NCBI GenBank assembly: GCA_965116475.1
Contig: OZ220691.1
Location: 800,001-864,000 of the forward strand
DNA: 64,000 bases
Reading direction: 5' to 3'
Source: Gemmatimonadota bacterium
GTDB lineage: Bacteria > Gemmatimonadota > Gemmatimonadetes > Palauibacterales > Palauibacteraceae
The notes under the pieces are model-generated. The model saw nothing but the letters and a program-made list of their open reading frames with translations, ran no database searches and was not told the origin of the DNA. Below are positions 61,908 to 64,000 of this stretch, piece by piece. Each line of letters starts with the position of its first letter. The first letter of the stretch is position 1. A program made the translations under genes and the position numbers.

Positions 61908-61999
61908 CCTCAAACAGCGGCGAGTCGTATTTTTTTCAAAAATTGATTGATTGAATGGCCATTCCCCGTGCCGATTCGCGGGAGAAAACCGGATTTTGT

Positions 62000-63991
62000 T
62001 CAGCGGCCGTGCCAGAGGTCGGTGGGGGCGGCGTCGATGCGCGAGCCGAATCGTTCGACGTGGGCGAGGAGGCGGTTGAGGAGGGCCTCCGGGGGCAGCG
62101 TTCGGCGGAGGCCGGCGACGGTCGCGATGATGACCAGGCGTTCGCGGGCCCGGGAGAGAGCGACGTTGAGCAGGCGGGGGAAGTCCCGGTTCCGGCGCTC
62201 GTCGAGGAACCAGCTGCGGCCGGGAGGCGCGTCCACGGTGTCGATGAGGACGAGGCGCTTCTCGCGCCCCTGGAAGCGGTGGATCGTGCTCACCTCCAGT
62301 TCGGCGGGGGCGGCGCGACCGAGCCTGCGGCGGACGAGGTCGTTCAGGTGACGGGTCTGGGCGCGGTAGGGAGAGACCACCGCGATGTCGTCGATTCCGT
62401 CGCGGGCCGCCGAGCCGAGAAAGTCCGCGACGGCCTCGGCGTGAGCCCGGTTGCGCCGCGATCCATCCACGCGTTCGACCCGCGGATCGAGTTCGCTCGT
62501 GTCGAGCACGGTGAGGGCGGCCCGCTCCGTGGCCCGGCCCGTGGCCCGGCCGGCCGCGCGCTCCGCGATCTCCGGTGCGTCCCGGAGCCGCCCGCCGTAG
62601 AAGAACTCACTCACCAGTTCGCGGATGTCGGGCGCCATCCGGTATTGGAGGTCGAGCATCGCGCACAGCCCGTCGTTGGGTGAGGGCAGCATGTCGTCGG
62701 CTTCACCCACCACGCCGGCTTCGCGGAACAGGTCGGTGCGCAGCCAGCGCATGGCCGCCGGGGCGGTGCTCGACACGACCGGGGGAAGCTGCTGGAAATC
62801 GCCGACGGCGATCGCGGGGCCCGCGACCCTCGAGGCAGCGAGCGCCACGTAGGGAAGCGGCGCCGTGCTCGCCTCGTCGATGAGCAGGGACTCGAACCTC
62901 AGCTCGCGGAGTTCCTCCCGAATCGAGAGCCGGGCGAAGGTGGTGAGGACGATGTGCGCCTCCTCCAGCGCGCGTTCCGCCTGGCGCGCGATCTCGAGCA
63001 TGACGCGGCCCAGGGCGCGCGCGGACTCCGCATCGCCCCGCGAGCGCGCGAGCGAGAGCAGGCGTCCGGCCCGGGCGTAGGGGTTGAGGGCGGGAGCCCC
63101 CTCGCGCGTCGCGGCCGGCGGGCGGGTGCGCAGCCGCCCCTCATGCTCCGCGAGCGTCCGGTCCACGCCGCCGGCCCCGCCCTCGATCCGGCGCGCCAGC
63201 GCCGCGCCCAGGTCGATGCGCGAGTCGGGCGCGGCGCCGAGGTCGAACCCCACGCGAATGATCCGGTCGCTGTCGAGCATGGCCGGATCCGCGATGGAGG
63301 CGAGGCGGCGCGCGATCTCGTCCACGGCCCCGTTGGTCGTCGCCGCGACGAGCACCCGGCCGCGGAGCGCGAGTTCAAGCGCCGCGCGCGCCACGAGGCG
63401 GGACTTGCCGGTCCCGGGCGGACCCCAGACGAGTTGGGCGCTGCTGCCCAGCACCCGTTCCAGGGCGTCGCGCTGCGGCTCGTTCAGGTCAGCGGAAGAG
63501 TCGAGACGCGGGGACTCCCGGCCGAGGCGCGGCGGCAGGCGGCCGAAGGCACCGAGCACGGTGTCCGGGAAGAAGTCCCCCGGCTCGTGCCCCACCTCGG
63601 CCAGCCGCGTGGAGAGTTCGCGGAGGAGCCACGTGGGATCGAACTCGAGCTCGGCGCCGTCGAGGCGCTCTCCGAGCCACTCCGGGCTCACGGCCTGCAG
63701 GAGCCCGAGCGTGCGGTCGAAACGGTGGACGACACCGAGCGCGTCGCGCCCACCCGCGTGGATGCGCACGCGGTCCTCCGCGCGGATGTCGTATGTTCCC
63801 CCCGCGATCTGGAAGGCGTAGCGATAGCCGGTCCCCACCTCTCCCCGCAGGCGTCCGGAGAGCGCCGGGATCGGCCCGTCCAGACGGCGGCGGGAGAGGT
63901 CGGCCGCGACCGCCTCGATCTCCTCCTCGATCGCCACGCGGAGATCCGCCAACAGAAGCCACAACGACTCCCGGGAGTCAGGAGCTTGCAT
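62000..63991 (-). CDS. Superfamily 1 helicase, UPF1/DNA2/NAM7-like
   Basis: LNEPQ, GPPGTGKS, TTNGAVD, LIDEAS, GDFQQLPP, QYRM, SPYRAQ, TIHRFQGRE, LNVALSRA. Confidence 0.93.
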   Translation of the reverse strand: MQAPDSRESLWLLLADLRVAIEEEIEAVAADLSRRRLDGPIPALSGRLRGEVGTGYRYAFQIAGGTYDIRAEDRVRIHAGGRDALGVVHRFDRTLGLLQAVSPEWLGERLDGAELEFDPTWLLRELSTRLAEVGHEPGDFFPDTVLGAFGRLPPRLGRESPRLDSSADLNEPQRDALERVLGSSAQLVWGPPGTGKSRLVARAALELALRGRVLVAATTNGAVDEIARRLASIADPAMLDSDRIIRVGFDLGAAPDSRIDLGAALARRIEGGAGGVDRTLAEHEGRLRTRPPAATREGAPALNPYARAGRLLSLARSRGDAESARALGRVMLEIARQAERALEEAHIVLTTFARLSIREELRELRFESLLIDEASTAPLPYVALAASRVAGPAIAVGDFQQLPPVVSSTAPAAMRWLRTDLFREAGVVGEADDMLPSPNDGLCAMLDLQYRMAPDIRELVSEFFYGGRLRDAPEIAERAAGRATGRATERAALTVLDTSELDPRVERVDGSRRNRAHAEAVADFLGSAARDGIDDIAVVSPYRAQTRHLNDLVRRRLGRAAPAELEVSTIHRFQGREKRLVLIDTVDAPPGRSWFLDERRNRDFPRLLNVALSRARERLVIIATVAGLRRTLPPEALLNRLLAHVERFGSRIDAAPTDLWHGR

Positions 63992-64000
63992 GCCGGACCA

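Noticed and set aside
61127..61946. ORFs 61127-61636 (-), 61207-61656 (+), 61572-61946 (+), 61602-61814 (-)
   Set aside because: Atypical codon usage, no motifs, no convincing SD; some run through A/T tracts and promoter elements
61140..61999. RNase P RNA or tmRNA in the gene-free interval (GAGCAAGG, CAGAACC and GGGGCTGA fragments present)
   Set aside because: No GAGGAAAGUCC/P4 pairing, no T-arm with CCA end, no tag-like frame; fragments are too short to be meaningful

Overview
High-GC bacterial chromosome segment made almost entirely of housekeeping genes, mostly on the minus strand. Gene order and protein style (rplM-rpsI-rpsB-tsf; ffs-dnaX-ybaB-recR; rpsF-rpsR-DUF2232-rplI-rsfS; ispE-tRNA-Gln...prs-rplY-pth; recA-recX-alaS) suggest Gemmatimonadota, and acidic protein tails plus a probable Na+-pyrophosphatase suggest a marine organism; both are inferences. 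I found no transposase, integrase, prophage, CRISPR array or rRNA. Non-coding elements are SRP RNA, tRNA-Gln(UUG), a probable S6:S18 leader, several sigma70 promoters and terminators. The most unusual part is the ~860-bp gene-free interval between dtd and a UPF1/DNA2-like helicase (61140-61999). It has a near-consensus promoter, UUCG and GNRA hairpins, nested long-range complementarity, phased palindromic operator-like sites and mirror-image AT-rich ends, making it a candidate unrecognised structured RNA locus. Secondary oddities: four coupled genes that seem to need non-canonical start codons (CTG, CTG, ACG, ATT), an SRP RNA with a pentaloop, a sigma factor missing most of region 3, and an apparent two-gene SPOR fusion. 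All calls come from reading motifs by eye; no searches were run.
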